The notes beneath the pieces were generated by a model. The model was given only the letters and a program-made list of their open reading frames with translations, made no database searches and had not been told where the DNA came from. A stretch of 60,479 nt of DNA from an uncultured Candidatus Melainabacteria bacterium (lineage in GTDB: Bacteria > Cyanobacteriota > Vampirovibrionia > LMEP-6097). Numbering within the stretch: position 1 is the first letter of the stretch; each line of letters opens with the position of its first letter. Position numbers and translations under genes: made by a program. This document shows, in pieces, positions 27,621 through 37,449 of this stretch. The stretch is from assembly GCA_937927525.1 (NCBI GenBank), contig CALBDR010000358.1, positions 1 through 60,479 on the forward strand, written 5' to 3'.

Positions 27621-29978
27621 GTGGTTAAAGAAAAGAAAAAAATTAATATAATTAACCTGGTTAGCAAATATTTTATTTGCGAAGGCAAGAATTTTCACGA
27701 AAAAATAAATAATTACCTAGAAGAATTAGCTGAAATATATTCTTTAAAGTGGATCAAAGTTGAGAGTTTAATATCACATAAATCCTATATTAGTAAAGCA
27801 AAAGTAGAAGATGTAAATTTAGCTCAAGTACAAGAATTTCATATTGATGAATTTGCAAGCATTTACTTTAAAACAACTAATGAAATAAATAGTTTTAGTG
27901 ATGAGGAGATTTTAGAATCTATTCGTTTAGGAGTCTCAGTATTAGAAGAACAAGAAAGAAATAGAATTATTTTTGATTTAACCTCAGAAGTTAGAAAATC
28001 GCTAAGACCAGATATTGCTTTAGAGAAGCTATTTTCAAGGCTAAATGAATACTTAGATATCAATCTATTCTGTTTCTTTTTAAAGTCTGAAGATAAAAAA
28101 GATTCATTCATAATTTCCTTTTTTGAACAGAGTAAAGAGTCTAAACTAGAATTAGATAGAACTAAAAGTTTTAGCTCTGAAGATATAAAAAACTTGAGAG
28201 AGTTAACAGCTACTGATCCAGACTCAAATGTCAGAACCTTTGAATCAATGCTCAGGAATGAAAAGTTTGGTTATCTTCTTATAGAGAAAGACTCTCAATG
28301 GGTTCAAGCACAAGAAGACTTATTAAGCCTCTTCGTAGAGCAGCTCGCAGTAATTCAAAATCAACATAAATTAAATGATGAAGTTCTTTCAATCGTTCAA
28401 AGAGAATTCTTATTAAACCAAGTTACGACTAGAGTTAGAGATTCACTAATCAGCTCTGAAATTTTAGAAATCGCTTCCCAAGAAATAGGACAAATTATGG
28501 GGGCTGATTCATGTGGCATCTATTTAAAAGAAAAAACCCAACTAACTCAAGAATCAAAACAAGCATTATGGTCAGCACAAAGTAAATACAACTCATTCAT
28601 GAAAAACATGTTGAGCATAGTAAAAAATACTATTTATCAGGAAAATAGTGCACAGCTTTCTTGGTGTTACCCTACTTTCAATACCCAGAATATAAACCAA
28701 ACAATTTACTCTTTTCATAGAGATTACTCGATAAATAGCTTTCTTTCCTGTACAGTAATGGACCAAGCCAACAAAGAAATCATAGGCTTTATAGTTTTAA
28801 CTGGTTTTAACTCCGAACGAGACTGGGGTGAAAAGGAAGAAGAGCTGCTAGAATCTTTATCTCAACAGATTTCCATGGCACTATTCCAAGCCGAAATTTA
28901 CCAAGATGCACAGCAAACTAAAAGACAGATGGCACTTTTACATAAATTAAGCAATGATATTCGTAACTCACTAGATTTATCGATAGTTCTTAGTGCTTTA
29001 GCAAAAGGCTTAGGAGAAGTTCTTGGTTTCAATCGATGCTTTGTGAGAATGCTATCTGAAGATATGCAAATCATTAAAACCAACGAAGAATATACTAGTG
29101 AAGGTATTAGTGAATGTGCCGATATAATTTTCGGCTTCGAGAAAAGATGGATTTCATCCTTACTCTGTCGTAATAACTTACATACTACAACTGAAGTTTT
29201 AAATTTCTATTCTCTAAGAAATGAATTCAGACATGAGAATCCAGCACTGGTAAAAATTACAGACTCACTAAAAATTAAAAGTTATCTTTCCGTACCATTA
29301 ATTTCTCAAAATAAACTTCTAGGTACTATTACAGTACATCAGTGTGATCGCGAAAGAGACTTCTCTTTAGAAGAAATAAATTTCATCCTTCAAGTCGGTT
29401 CAGAAGCTGCAGTAGCGATTAAGAATGCTGAGCTTTTTGATACTATTGACAAGATGAGTAAAACTGACCCAGACACTGGACTCTATAATAAAAAGTACTT
29501 TAATCAAGTCGCATATAGAGAAATTGAAAAGGCAAAACACAAACATAGCCATATGTCATTAATGATGGTGGACTTAGATTACTTAAAATCTATTAATGAC
29601 ACTATGGGGCATGAAGCAGGTGATGAAGCAATTATAATTACAGCTACAGTTTTAACTCAAACTTTAAGACAGACTCCAGTTAATGAAATCCAAAGAAGAA
29701 TCGCTGATGTAGTAGGTAGATATGGTGGAGATGAATTTATTATTCTTCTACCTAATACTGATATAGAGTCAGCTTATCAAGCAGCAGTTAGAGTTAGAAA
29801 AAATTTAGCTAAATCTAAGCATAGTACTTGGAAGCAACCACTTACTTGTAGTATCGGCATAGCTGGAACACCGTGTGAAAATTATGATTTCAATCAGTTG
29901 AAAATCAAAGCTGATGAAGCTCTTTACCTTTCCAAGAAAAAGGGACGTAATGCGATTAGTACTACTCGTGAGTTGTAG
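27621..29978 (+). CDS. Diguanylate cyclase with tandem GAF-type sensor domains
   Basis: RYGGDEFIILL active site with an RIAD I-site five residues upstream, and LYNKKYF. The N-terminal 600 aa look GAF-like. GTG start; exact start uncertain. Confidence 0.9.
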   Translation: MVKEKKKINIINLVSKYFICEGKNFHEKINNYLEELAEIYSLKWIKVESLISHKSYISKAKVEDVNLAQVQEFHIDEFASIYFKTTNEINSFSDEEILESIRLGVSVLEEQERNRIIFDLTSEVRKSLRPDIALEKLFSRLNEYLDINLFCFFLKSEDKKDSFIISFFEQSKESKLELDRTKSFSSEDIKNLRELTATDPDSNVRTFESMLRNEKFGYLLIEKDSQWVQAQEDLLSLFVEQLAVIQNQHKLNDEVLSIVQREFLLNQVTTRVRDSLISSEILEIASQEIGQIMGADSCGIYLKEKTQLTQESKQALWSAQSKYNSFMKNMLSIVKNTIYQENSAQLSWCYPTFNTQNINQTIYSFHRDYSINSFLSCTVMDQANKEIIGFIVLTGFNSERDWGEKEEELLESLSQQISMALFQAEIYQDAQQTKRQMALLHKLSNDIRNSLDLSIVLSALAKGLGEVLGFNRCFVRMLSEDMQIIKTNEEYTSEGISECADIIFGFEKRWISSLLCRNNLHTTTEVLNFYSLRNEFRHENPALVKITDSLKIKSYLSVPLISQNKLLGTITVHQCDRERDFSLEEINFILQVGSEAAVAIKNAELFDTIDKMSKTDPDTGLYNKKYFNQVAYREIEKAKHKHSHMSLMMVDLDYLKSINDTMGHEAGDEAIIITATVLTQTLRQTPVNEIQRRIADVVGRYGGDEFIILLPNTDIESAYQAAVRVRKNLAKSKHSTWKQPLTCSIGIAGTPCENYDFNQLKIKADEALYLSKKKGRNAISTTREL

Positions 29979-30112
29979 CTTCCTTTTATGTACCGGGAGT
30001 GGGGATAGTACACAGCCTCTGCTGCGCCCCAGCGGAGCTGGGTCCCTAAGCTCGCAGAAACTGTGTACTATCCCCACTCCCTATTCTTATGAAAGCTACA
30101 ATTCACGAGTAG
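29962..30112 (+). repeat. GC-rich hairpin element, copy B (two-tier hairpin of about 150 nt)
   Basis: The inner 21-bp perfect stem pairs 29995-30015 with 30061-30081. The core at 30020-30056 is identical to copy A. The outer 20-bp stem pairs 29962-29981 with 30093-30112, with one G-T pair, and includes the TAG stop at 29976-29978. Confidence 0.85.
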
Positions 30113-30150
30113 CAATAAATTCCTTTTCAAGGATGGGGTAGAATAAATTT

Positions 30151-31053
30151 ATGACTGATACCACAAGTCCAGAAACAGTTGAAGAAAAAATAGCTCGTAA
30201 AAGAGAAGCTATCGAAAACTCTATCCAACCCCGCTATTATAAAAACACTCTTTTTACTTTACTAGACCAGATGCAAAATATTGAGATTGCAAAATTTCTG
30301 ATTGAGAACCAATCACTAAATGGTTACTGGACAAGTAAATTAATCAACAAACCTGAAGCAAAAGAAGAGTATAAGAATGAATTAGAGAAATGGTTTTATA
30401 CTGAGTGCCCCACTCTTATAGCTAGTCAAGAAAGATACAGGACATTCCAGAAGATTGCTCAAGAGTATATAAATAAAAAAGCTCCAGAAAAAGATTGTTT
30501 CTCAGCGCTTTCTATTCCTTGTGGGCTCATGGATGATTTATTAGAGTTAGATTACAGTAAAGCAAAAAATTATAAATTAACAGGATTAGATTTAGATCCA
30601 GAGTCGATTACACTCGCCACCAAAAATGCTGAAGCTAAAGGTCTTTCAGAAAGAGTAACTTTAATCGAAAAAGATGCTTTTACTATTAAGTTTGAAAATG
30701 AGTTTGATTTACTGATCAGCAATGGTTTAAACATCTATACCCAAAATGATATCCAGCACAATAAACTATTTAATCGCTTTTCAAAAGCTCTAAAGCCTGG
30801 CGGTTTACTGATAAGTAGCTTCCTAACTTTTCCACCAATTAGTTCAAATGATTCTCCCTGGGATATAAATGCCATCGGTAATGAAAATTTAAATATTCAA
30901 TACAAAGTCTTTGTTGAAATCCTAGAGGCTAAATGGCAAGTTTATAAAACTGAAAAAGAAATGCAATTAATGCTTAAGAGATATGGTTTTAAAGCAATTA
31001 AATTCTTTTATGATAAACATAAAATTTTCCCAACAGTTATTGCATATAAGTAA
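30151..31053 (+). CDS. Class I SAM-dependent methyltransferase
   Basis: 300-aa ORF with methyltransferase-fold blocks LSIPCGLMDD, GLDLDPESI, DLLISNGL and LKPGGLLI. Confidence 0.7.
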   Translation: MTDTTSPETVEEKIARKREAIENSIQPRYYKNTLFTLLDQMQNIEIAKFLIENQSLNGYWTSKLINKPEAKEEYKNELEKWFYTECPTLIASQERYRTFQKIAQEYINKKAPEKDCFSALSIPCGLMDDLLELDYSKAKNYKLTGLDLDPESITLATKNAEAKGLSERVTLIEKDAFTIKFENEFDLLISNGLNIYTQNDIQHNKLFNRFSKALKPGGLLISSFLTFPPISSNDSPWDINAIGNENLNIQYKVFVEILEAKWQVYKTEKEMQLMLKRYGFKAIKFFYDKHKIFPTVIAYK

Positions 31054-31081
31054 AGTTTAACTTTGTTAAAATCAACAACCT

Positions 31082-32455
31082 ATGGAAACAATAGCCGCAA
31101 TAGTAACATCACCAGGAACAGCAGCAGTCTCTATCATTCGTATAAGTGGCTCAAAGAGCCATGAAATAATTAAAAAGATTTCAAATATCTCAGATGAAGA
31201 ATTAATCCCTGCAAGCTTTAAGCTGAAGTGGATTATTGAAAAATCAGAGAACAGTGAAAAAAAAATTGATCAAGCGTTAATTCTAAATTTCAAAGCCCCG
31301 AAAAGTTTTACTGGTGAAGATGTAATTGAAATCCAATGCCACGGAGGTTCATGGTTAAGTAAAAAGATTTTAGAGCTATGTTTAGAGAATGGTGCGCGCC
31401 TCGCTGAGCCAGGCGAATTCACAGAAAGAGCTCTTCTTAATAAAAAAATTGATCTGAGTCAAGCTGAAGGAATTTTAGATTTAATAAACTCAAGAACTGA
31501 ATTATCTGGAGCAAATGCTGTGAACCTTTACCAAGGTTTTTTAGGTCAAAAAATAAAAACCATGCGCAATGCTTTATTAAAATTACTTGCTGAATTAATT
31601 GCATGCATTGACTTTCCTGACGAAGTAGATGAATATCCAGTCAAAAAATTCACAGAGAAATTAAGCTTCACAATTTTAGACATCGAAGAGATTTTAAAAA
31701 GTGAGAAATCTGGTCAAATTTTAAGAGAAGGTTTCAAGGTAGCCCTAGCTGGCAAGCCAAATGCTGGGAAATCTAGTCTTCTTAATACTCTTTTAAAAAA
31801 TGATCGAGCAATTGTTACTGATATTGCAGGAACAACAAGAGATATTATCGAAGAATCAATGAACTTAAATGGTATACCTGTAGTTATAAGTGACACTGCT
31901 GGAATAAGAGACAGTAATGATACTGTAGAAAAAATAGGGATTGAACTTAGTAAGAAAGCTATTCAAGACGCCGATTTAATTCTTTGGTTAGAAGATATAA
32001 GTAATATAACAGACCATACAAAGTTTCAAACTGAAATTATAGAGCTTCAAAAAAGCTTTCCAGAAAAAGATTTTCTAGTAATAGGAACTAAAGTTGATTT
32101 ATTGGATGCAAGTAGCAAAAATTTAAACTCTAGCAATTTTAATTTAGTTATTTCTAATGAAACTAAATTAAATATTGAAGAATTAAAAAAATACATTTAT
32201 GAGAAAGCAAATCCTGAATTAAATTCTATAGCCAACTCGTGTAAAGTTAGTATCAATTCCAGACAGGCAGATTTACTTAGACAATGTAAAGAATCATTAA
32301 TTCGAGCTTTAGAAACAGCTGAATCCGCTATGGAACATGATTTCTGGACTATAGACCTTAAAGCCGGAATAGCTAGATTAGGTGAAATCACTGGAGATGA
32401 TTTAACTGAAGAAATACTAGATAATATGTTTAGTCAGTTTTGTATCGGAAAATGA
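31082..32455 (+). CDS. mnmE: tRNA modification GTPase MnmE
   Basis: N-terminal IAAIVTSPGTAAVSIIRISG, G1 GKPNAGKSSLLN, DTAGIRD and the C-terminal FCIGK. Confidence 0.95.
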   Translation: METIAAIVTSPGTAAVSIIRISGSKSHEIIKKISNISDEELIPASFKLKWIIEKSENSEKKIDQALILNFKAPKSFTGEDVIEIQCHGGSWLSKKILELCLENGARLAEPGEFTERALLNKKIDLSQAEGILDLINSRTELSGANAVNLYQGFLGQKIKTMRNALLKLLAELIACIDFPDEVDEYPVKKFTEKLSFTILDIEEILKSEKSGQILREGFKVALAGKPNAGKSSLLNTLLKNDRAIVTDIAGTTRDIIEESMNLNGIPVVISDTAGIRDSNDTVEKIGIELSKKAIQDADLILWLEDISNITDHTKFQTEIIELQKSFPEKDFLVIGTKVDLLDASSKNLNSSNFNLVISNETKLNIEELKKYIYEKANPELNSIANSCKVSINSRQADLLRQCKESLIRALETAESAMEHDFWTIDLKAGIARLGEITGDDLTEEILDNMFSQFCIGK

Positions 32456-32479
32456 TTAATCAATGATAAAATCTAAACT

Positions 32480-32623
32480 ATGATATTTGCCGGCATGTGG
32501 AAAGGAGTTTTATTAGGATTTACTATCCTTGCATTCGTATTTACTATGTTTTTAACTGTTTTCTCCAAAGTAATGCCTGGGATTAATGATGATGGTGAAG
32601 AATTAAGTCCAGAGGAAATGTAA
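32480..32623 (+). CDS. Possible 47-aa single-pass membrane peptide
   Basis: Hand translation gives MIFAGMWKGVLLGFTILAFVFTMFLTVFSKVMPGINDDGEELSPEEM. No clear SD. Below the cut-off of the ORF track. Confidence 0.3.
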   Translation: MIFAGMWKGVLLGFTILAFVFTMFLTVFSKVMPGINDDGEELSPEEM

Positions 32624-32627
32624 CTCT

Positions 32628-33962
32628 TTAAGCTTTTAGACTCTTAGTTAAACTTAAAAGCTTCTCTAAATAAAGTAAAGCTGTGTAAGTAGGTAAGATA
32701 TTTAAAGGTCTACTAGTTTGAGTTTTACTTGCATAGTCCAAAGCCGATTTTATATCTTCTTCAACATAGATTCGATTAGTTGAAATACCTGCATACTTAA
32801 GTCTCAATGCCATATCAAGAGCTCGATTACCACTGCAGACAAAATCAATATTTTCAGAACCTGACTTAGCTTCAGCTACAATCTCAAAATTAGCATCCCA
32901 TAACCAAGAAACATCCCTACCGTCAGCATAATCATCGTTAATAATAATTAGGTTTATAGCATGCTGGTCAAGTTTAATTAGATTTAAAACCTCAGAACAA
33001 CCTTTAGGATTCTTTATTAAAAAGATATTTGAACTTTTACCATTAATAAGTTTGTTTTGAGCTCGCCCGAAGCTACCTTTATAATTTTCCAAACCCTCTT
33101 TAATCAAATTTAATGGACAATCATAAGCTATAAAAACACTTGCAGCAAGAAGAGCATTATAAACATTATAGACACCTGGCAAGCTTAAATTAATCTCAAG
33201 TGATTTACCAGCATAATTCAAGTCAAAGACTGTACCTGAACTTTTTATATCTTTCAAAAAACCTTTGATTAAGTAAAGTTCATCAATATCATTTTCCAAA
33301 TCAAGCTCATCTAAAGCAGCATCCTTATCACTAACCTGATAATCAATCTTATTTTTCAATTCATCAGAAATCTCCAATTTATAAAAATATCTTTTTGAGC
33401 CTGAAGATGACTTCAGAGACCTAATCTTAGGATCATCATAATTTATCACTAAATTAACATCCTTAACTTCATCTATTGCTTCTTGAATAAACCTTCTAGT
33501 AGTATCTATTTCTCCGAAACGATCAAGCTGATCACGAAAAACGTTAGTGAATGCCATTAAGTCTGGTTTCAAATCCTTTGCAACTGAACGTAAAGCAGCT
33601 TCATCTACTTCTAAAATAAAATCCTGCTTATCATATTTATCAGTTGTTGACAAAACGAAAGCAGTAGCAATTCCATAGTAAAGATTTGCCCCTAGACGGT
33701 TAGAAATTAGATTTTCTTTAGCAGCATAAACTTCATAAATAGAATCAAGTAAACCTACAGAAGTGGTTTTACCATTAGTGCCACTAACTATTAGCCTAAG
33801 TGAAGAAATACTATTATCTAAAAATTTTGAATAGTCTCTCAACAATTCAGGGTAAATCTTAAGTGCGATTCTGCCAGGTAAACTACTTGCATTTCCTAGT
33901 TTTAGAAACTTGATTAACTTAGCAGTAAAGTTTGCAGCAAATATAGCTAGTTTTTTTTGCAT
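32628..33962 (-). CDS. murT: MurT-like Mur-ligase family protein (lipid II isoglutaminyl synthase subunit type)
   Basis: P-loop VSGTNGKTTSV, the MurT-typical NVFRDQLDRFGEID, and a C-terminal DUF1727-like region. Confidence 0.75.
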   Translation of the reverse strand: MQKKLAIFAANFTAKLIKFLKLGNASSLPGRIALKIYPELLRDYSKFLDNSISSLRLIVSGTNGKTTSVGLLDSIYEVYAAKENLISNRLGANLYYGIATAFVLSTTDKYDKQDFILEVDEAALRSVAKDLKPDLMAFTNVFRDQLDRFGEIDTTRRFIQEAIDEVKDVNLVINYDDPKIRSLKSSSGSKRYFYKLEISDELKNKIDYQVSDKDAALDELDLENDIDELYLIKGFLKDIKSSGTVFDLNYAGKSLEINLSLPGVYNVYNALLAASVFIAYDCPLNLIKEGLENYKGSFGRAQNKLINGKSSNIFLIKNPKGCSEVLNLIKLDQHAINLIIINDDYADGRDVSWLWDANFEIVAEAKSGSENIDFVCSGNRALDMALRLKYAGISTNRIYVEEDIKSALDYASKTQTSRPLNILPTYTALLYLEKLLSLTKSLKA

Positions 33963-34105
33963 GAAAATGAACCTTAACTAATTTTCTCATATTTCATTTG
34001 AGTATTTGCAGAGAAATCAACTAAATTGCATATTTCAACGTGTTCTTAAAACTTTCATAAGAAAATCAACTGACAAAACATATATGGGTACATATAATGA
34101 TATAG

Positions 34106-35794
34106 ATGACTGAATCTGATATTGCTTATCATGACCAAATAGCCCGTGGCAGTGTTCATATGAAAAAAAACGTCCACTGGTATCAAGATGCAGTGTTCTA
34201 TCAAACTCATGTCAAGTATTTTTATGACAGCAGCGGTAATGGTTACGGAGATTTTTTAGGTTTAGCAGAAAAGCTACCTTATCTAAAAGATCTAGGGATT
34301 AACTGTCTATGGCTTATGCCATTTTTCGAATCTCCGATGTTTGATGACGGCTATGATGTCGCTGACTACTATAAAGTTAAAGAAGAATTCGGCACTCTAG
34401 AAGATTTTAAATACTTCATGAAAGAAGCTCATAAAAATGGTATTCGTGTAATTGCAGACCTAGTAATGAATCATACTTCTATAGAGCATCATTGGTTTCA
34501 AGAAGCTAGAAGAAATCCAGACTCTAAATATCGAGATTATTACGTCTGGTCTGACACTAAAGAAAAATATGTCGATGCCCCGATTTTATTCGATCAAGAA
34601 ACTTCAAACTGGACTTGGGATGAAGAAGCTGAGATGTTCTATTGGCATAGATTCTATTCAAGTCAACCGGATTTAAACTTTGAAAATCCAGAAGTAGTTG
34701 AAGAATTCAAAAAAATTGTTTTCTTCTGGTTAGATCTAGGCCTAGACGGTTTCAGATGTGATGCCGTGCCATTTTTATTTGAAGAAGAGGGGACAAACTG
34801 TCAAGATCTACCAGCCACTCACCAATTCTTCAAAGATCTTAGAACCGCTATCGATGATAGATACCAAGATAAAATCTTACTGGCTGAATGTGCTTTCCAA
34901 TATGGAGAACAACTTGCAGAATATTTTGGTAAGGGTGACGAGTTCCACATGTCTTTCCATTTCCCGATTATGACTGGACTCTTTTACGCCATAAAGAAGG
35001 AACGCTATGACGTCATTGAGAAAGTAGTGAAAGATACTCCTGAGATTCCTGATAATTGTCAGTATTGCCTTTTCTTAAGAAGTCACGACCAAATCGTCTT
35101 AGACACTGCAACAGAGGAGCAAAGAGAATTTCTTTTAAAAGAGTACGCCCCCCACCCTAAGATGATTCGTCATAATGGTATTAACCGTCGTTTGACACCA
35201 ATGATGGAAAATAGTAGAAGAAAAAATCTTTTACTAAATAGTTTTCTATTCTCACTTCCTGGTACGCCAATTATTTATTATGGAGATGAAATCGGCATGG
35301 GAGACAATGTCTATCTTAGAGATAGAGATGGGTTAAGGACTCCGATGCAGTGGAACGAAAACAAAAATGCAGGCTTTTCATCAGCAGAGCCTCAAGCTCT
35401 TTACCTTCCGATTAACACAGACTCCACCTATGGTTTCCATTCATTAAACGTCGAAACTGTAAGCAAATCCCATACTTCACTCTATAATCAGATTAGAAGG
35501 TTAATTAAAGTGCGCCAGAAACATGCAGCCACCTTCGGTAGGGGCTCTATTAGGTTTATTAAGACATCCTCAGAGAAAGCAATTTGCTTTCTAAGAGAAT
35601 ATGAAGACGATCAAATCCTGGTAGTAGCTAACCTTTCTGGTAAAGCGCTTGCTATGGATATAGATTTATCCGAATTCGAAGGTAAGCGTTTAATTGAGCT
35701 TAAAGGTGATATAGACTTTCCTGTAATTAAAAATTATCCATATCAGTTTACAATGCTAAGACACTGTTTCTTCTGGTTGAAGATTGTAGATTAG
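34106..35794 (+). CDS. treS: Trehalose synthase / maltose alpha-D-glucosyltransferase (GH13)
   Basis: WYQDAVFYQTHVKYFYDSSGNGYGDFLGL, DLVMNHTS, DGFRCDAVPFL and FLRSHDQ. Confidence 0.85.
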   Translation: MTESDIAYHDQIARGSVHMKKNVHWYQDAVFYQTHVKYFYDSSGNGYGDFLGLAEKLPYLKDLGINCLWLMPFFESPMFDDGYDVADYYKVKEEFGTLEDFKYFMKEAHKNGIRVIADLVMNHTSIEHHWFQEARRNPDSKYRDYYVWSDTKEKYVDAPILFDQETSNWTWDEEAEMFYWHRFYSSQPDLNFENPEVVEEFKKIVFFWLDLGLDGFRCDAVPFLFEEEGTNCQDLPATHQFFKDLRTAIDDRYQDKILLAECAFQYGEQLAEYFGKGDEFHMSFHFPIMTGLFYAIKKERYDVIEKVVKDTPEIPDNCQYCLFLRSHDQIVLDTATEEQREFLLKEYAPHPKMIRHNGINRRLTPMMENSRRKNLLLNSFLFSLPGTPIIYYGDEIGMGDNVYLRDRDGLRTPMQWNENKNAGFSSAEPQALYLPINTDSTYGFHSLNVETVSKSHTSLYNQIRRLIKVRQKHAATFGRGSIRFIKTSSEKAICFLREYEDDQILVVANLSGKALAMDIDLSEFEGKRLIELKGDIDFPVIKNYPYQFTMLRHCFFWLKIVD

Positions 35795-35818
35795 AAATAA
35801 TAGGCTAAAATAAAATAC

Positions 35819-36082
35819 ATGAAAGACAAACTTCATCCAGAGTGGGATATAGTCGAAGAAGGAAATCATAAAAAACTAATCAGGAAATTTGATTTTAGAA
35901 CATACATGCAAGCTGTAGACTTCCTAAATAAAGTTGCTGCAATTGCTGAGCAGATCGATCATCACCCTGATATGCTTCTAAAGTGGGCCTCACTTGATAT
36001 TAGTACATGGACTCATAGCGAAAAGAAAATTACAGAACTAGACTATGATTTAGCTACACGTATCGACACCCTAGCTTCTTAA
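35819..36082 (+). CDS. phhB: Pterin-4-alpha-carbinolamine dehydratase
   Basis: 87 aa with the DHHPD signature. Confidence 0.85.
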   Translation: MKDKLHPEWDIVEEGNHKKLIRKFDFRTYMQAVDFLNKVAAIAEQIDHHPDMLLKWASLDISTWTHSEKKITELDYDLATRIDTLAS

Positions 36083-36092
36083 AAACTACAAA

Positions 36093-36767
36093 CTATGCAG
36101 CAGTTGCCTGTTTGAAATTTCTTACTTTCTCAAAGAAAATATCCATCTTATCATGGTTTTTCAAACCAGGCATATCTTCAAGCCCAGTACATACATCTAT
36201 CAAATTAGTTTCTGTTTCATCTATAGCTTCTTCAATATTATCTACATTCAAACCACCGGCTAAACACATCTTCCTTTCTGGAAGTATTTCTTTAGCACAG
36301 TTATATAGATACCAATCAAACGCTTCGCCAGATCCACCCATAAGATTAGGGTCAGATGGCTTAGTATCTAAAATAAAATAATCAGCAGACTCAGGGTCAA
36401 TCTTCATTTCCATAAGTGATCTTTTATTTTCTATATGAATTACTCTAAAGACTGTCATACCTAAATCTCTAGCTTTTTTATAATAAGAGTCATTATTCGC
36501 TTCAGGAGGTAAATATGGTTGAATAGCAGTAACACCTATAGCTTTAGCTAATTTAACGATTTCCATAATATCCTGCTCTTTAGCAAGGAGCACACACTTA
36601 TCTCTTAAACTTTCAGGGACACGTGTCACGATATCAGTCATATCAACGACATCAATAAACCTTCGTGTACCTGTTATATTATTAAAACCTAAATAATCCG
36701 CACTGAGTTTTAACGCCTTTTGGGCGTCGAAAACATTTGTAATACCGCATACTTTAATTTTTAACAT
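36093..36767 (-). CDS. trpF: Phosphoribosylanthranilate isomerase
   Basis: KIKVCGIT N-terminus with the catalytic Cys, and ILDTK...GGSGEAFDW. Confidence 0.8.
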   Translation of the reverse strand: MLKIKVCGITNVFDAQKALKLSADYLGFNNITGTRRFIDVVDMTDIVTRVPESLRDKCVLLAKEQDIMEIVKLAKAIGVTAIQPYLPPEANNDSYYKKARDLGMTVFRVIHIENKRSLMEMKIDPESADYFILDTKPSDPNLMGGSGEAFDWYLYNCAKEILPERKMCLAGGLNVDNIEEAIDETETNLIDVCTGLEDMPGLKNHDKMDIFFEKVRNFKQATAA

Positions 36768-37443
36768 TTGGGAACACTGTATTCAATTTACCAAAAAACG
36801 ACGACATTTTATCAAAAGATTTATAAAAAGAGTGTTCTTTTTCAAATTGGATTGATAAATCTATTAAATCTGGCTGGCAGACTTGTATTAGTGTAAAGAT
36901 ACTATCTAAGTTTAATTCACCACTAATTCCATACTCCGTAATAGGAATATTGTCTTTTATATCATTGAAGATATCCCTTACTATCCGTGCTACTTTATAA
37001 TTTCTAGTAAATCTATCAACTCTAGAGATGAAATTTGGGCGAATATCAAAAATAGCTAAATCATAAGCATCTTTAGGTAAATCTATATTTAAAATATCTG
37101 CAGAACTATTAAGATTTACTTTATGAAAAATTTTAATACCATTGTTTCGAATTTTCATGATGTCACTATTTTTCATTGCAGGACGAACAGGCTCAATAAT
37201 CTGAATCTCAGACTTCTTTAAAAACTGTGACAGTGAGTCTACACCACTCATATCAGTAGCTAAAACAACTTTTCTTTTTTGAGCAGCTGAAAGACTACTT
37301 AAAATAGCTGTGATTTGTGAAAAATCTAAAAACCTTTTAGAGAAAGATATATGATCAAAAGAGATATAGTCTGCTCCTAATTCAAGAGCCATCTTCGCGT
37401 CATCTGCGCTAAATATTCCAGATATTTTTATTTTCGGACGCAC
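36754..37443 (-). CDS. Degenerate TrpF-like (beta/alpha)8 barrel paralog
   Basis: KIKISGIFSADDAKMALELGADYISF resembles the PRAI N-terminus with Cys replaced by Ser. No GGxG phosphate-binding block. GTG start; 14-nt overlap with trpF. Confidence 0.6.
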   Translation of the reverse strand: MRPKIKISGIFSADDAKMALELGADYISFDHISFSKRFLDFSQITAILSSLSAAQKRKVVLATDMSGVDSLSQFLKKSEIQIIEPVRPAMKNSDIMKIRNNGIKIFHKVNLNSSADILNIDLPKDAYDLAIFDIRPNFISRVDRFTRNYKVARIVRDIFNDIKDNIPITEYGISGELNLDSIFTLIQVCQPDLIDLSIQFEKEHSFYKSFDKMSSFFGKLNTVFPNVKN

Positions 37444-37449
37444 CTATAC

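Noticed and set aside
29118-29125. GCCGATAT (and GCCGATAA on the minus strand at 37724-37731) as sigma-28 promoters
   Set aside because: Both lie inside coding regions, and neither has a TAAA element at the right spacing.
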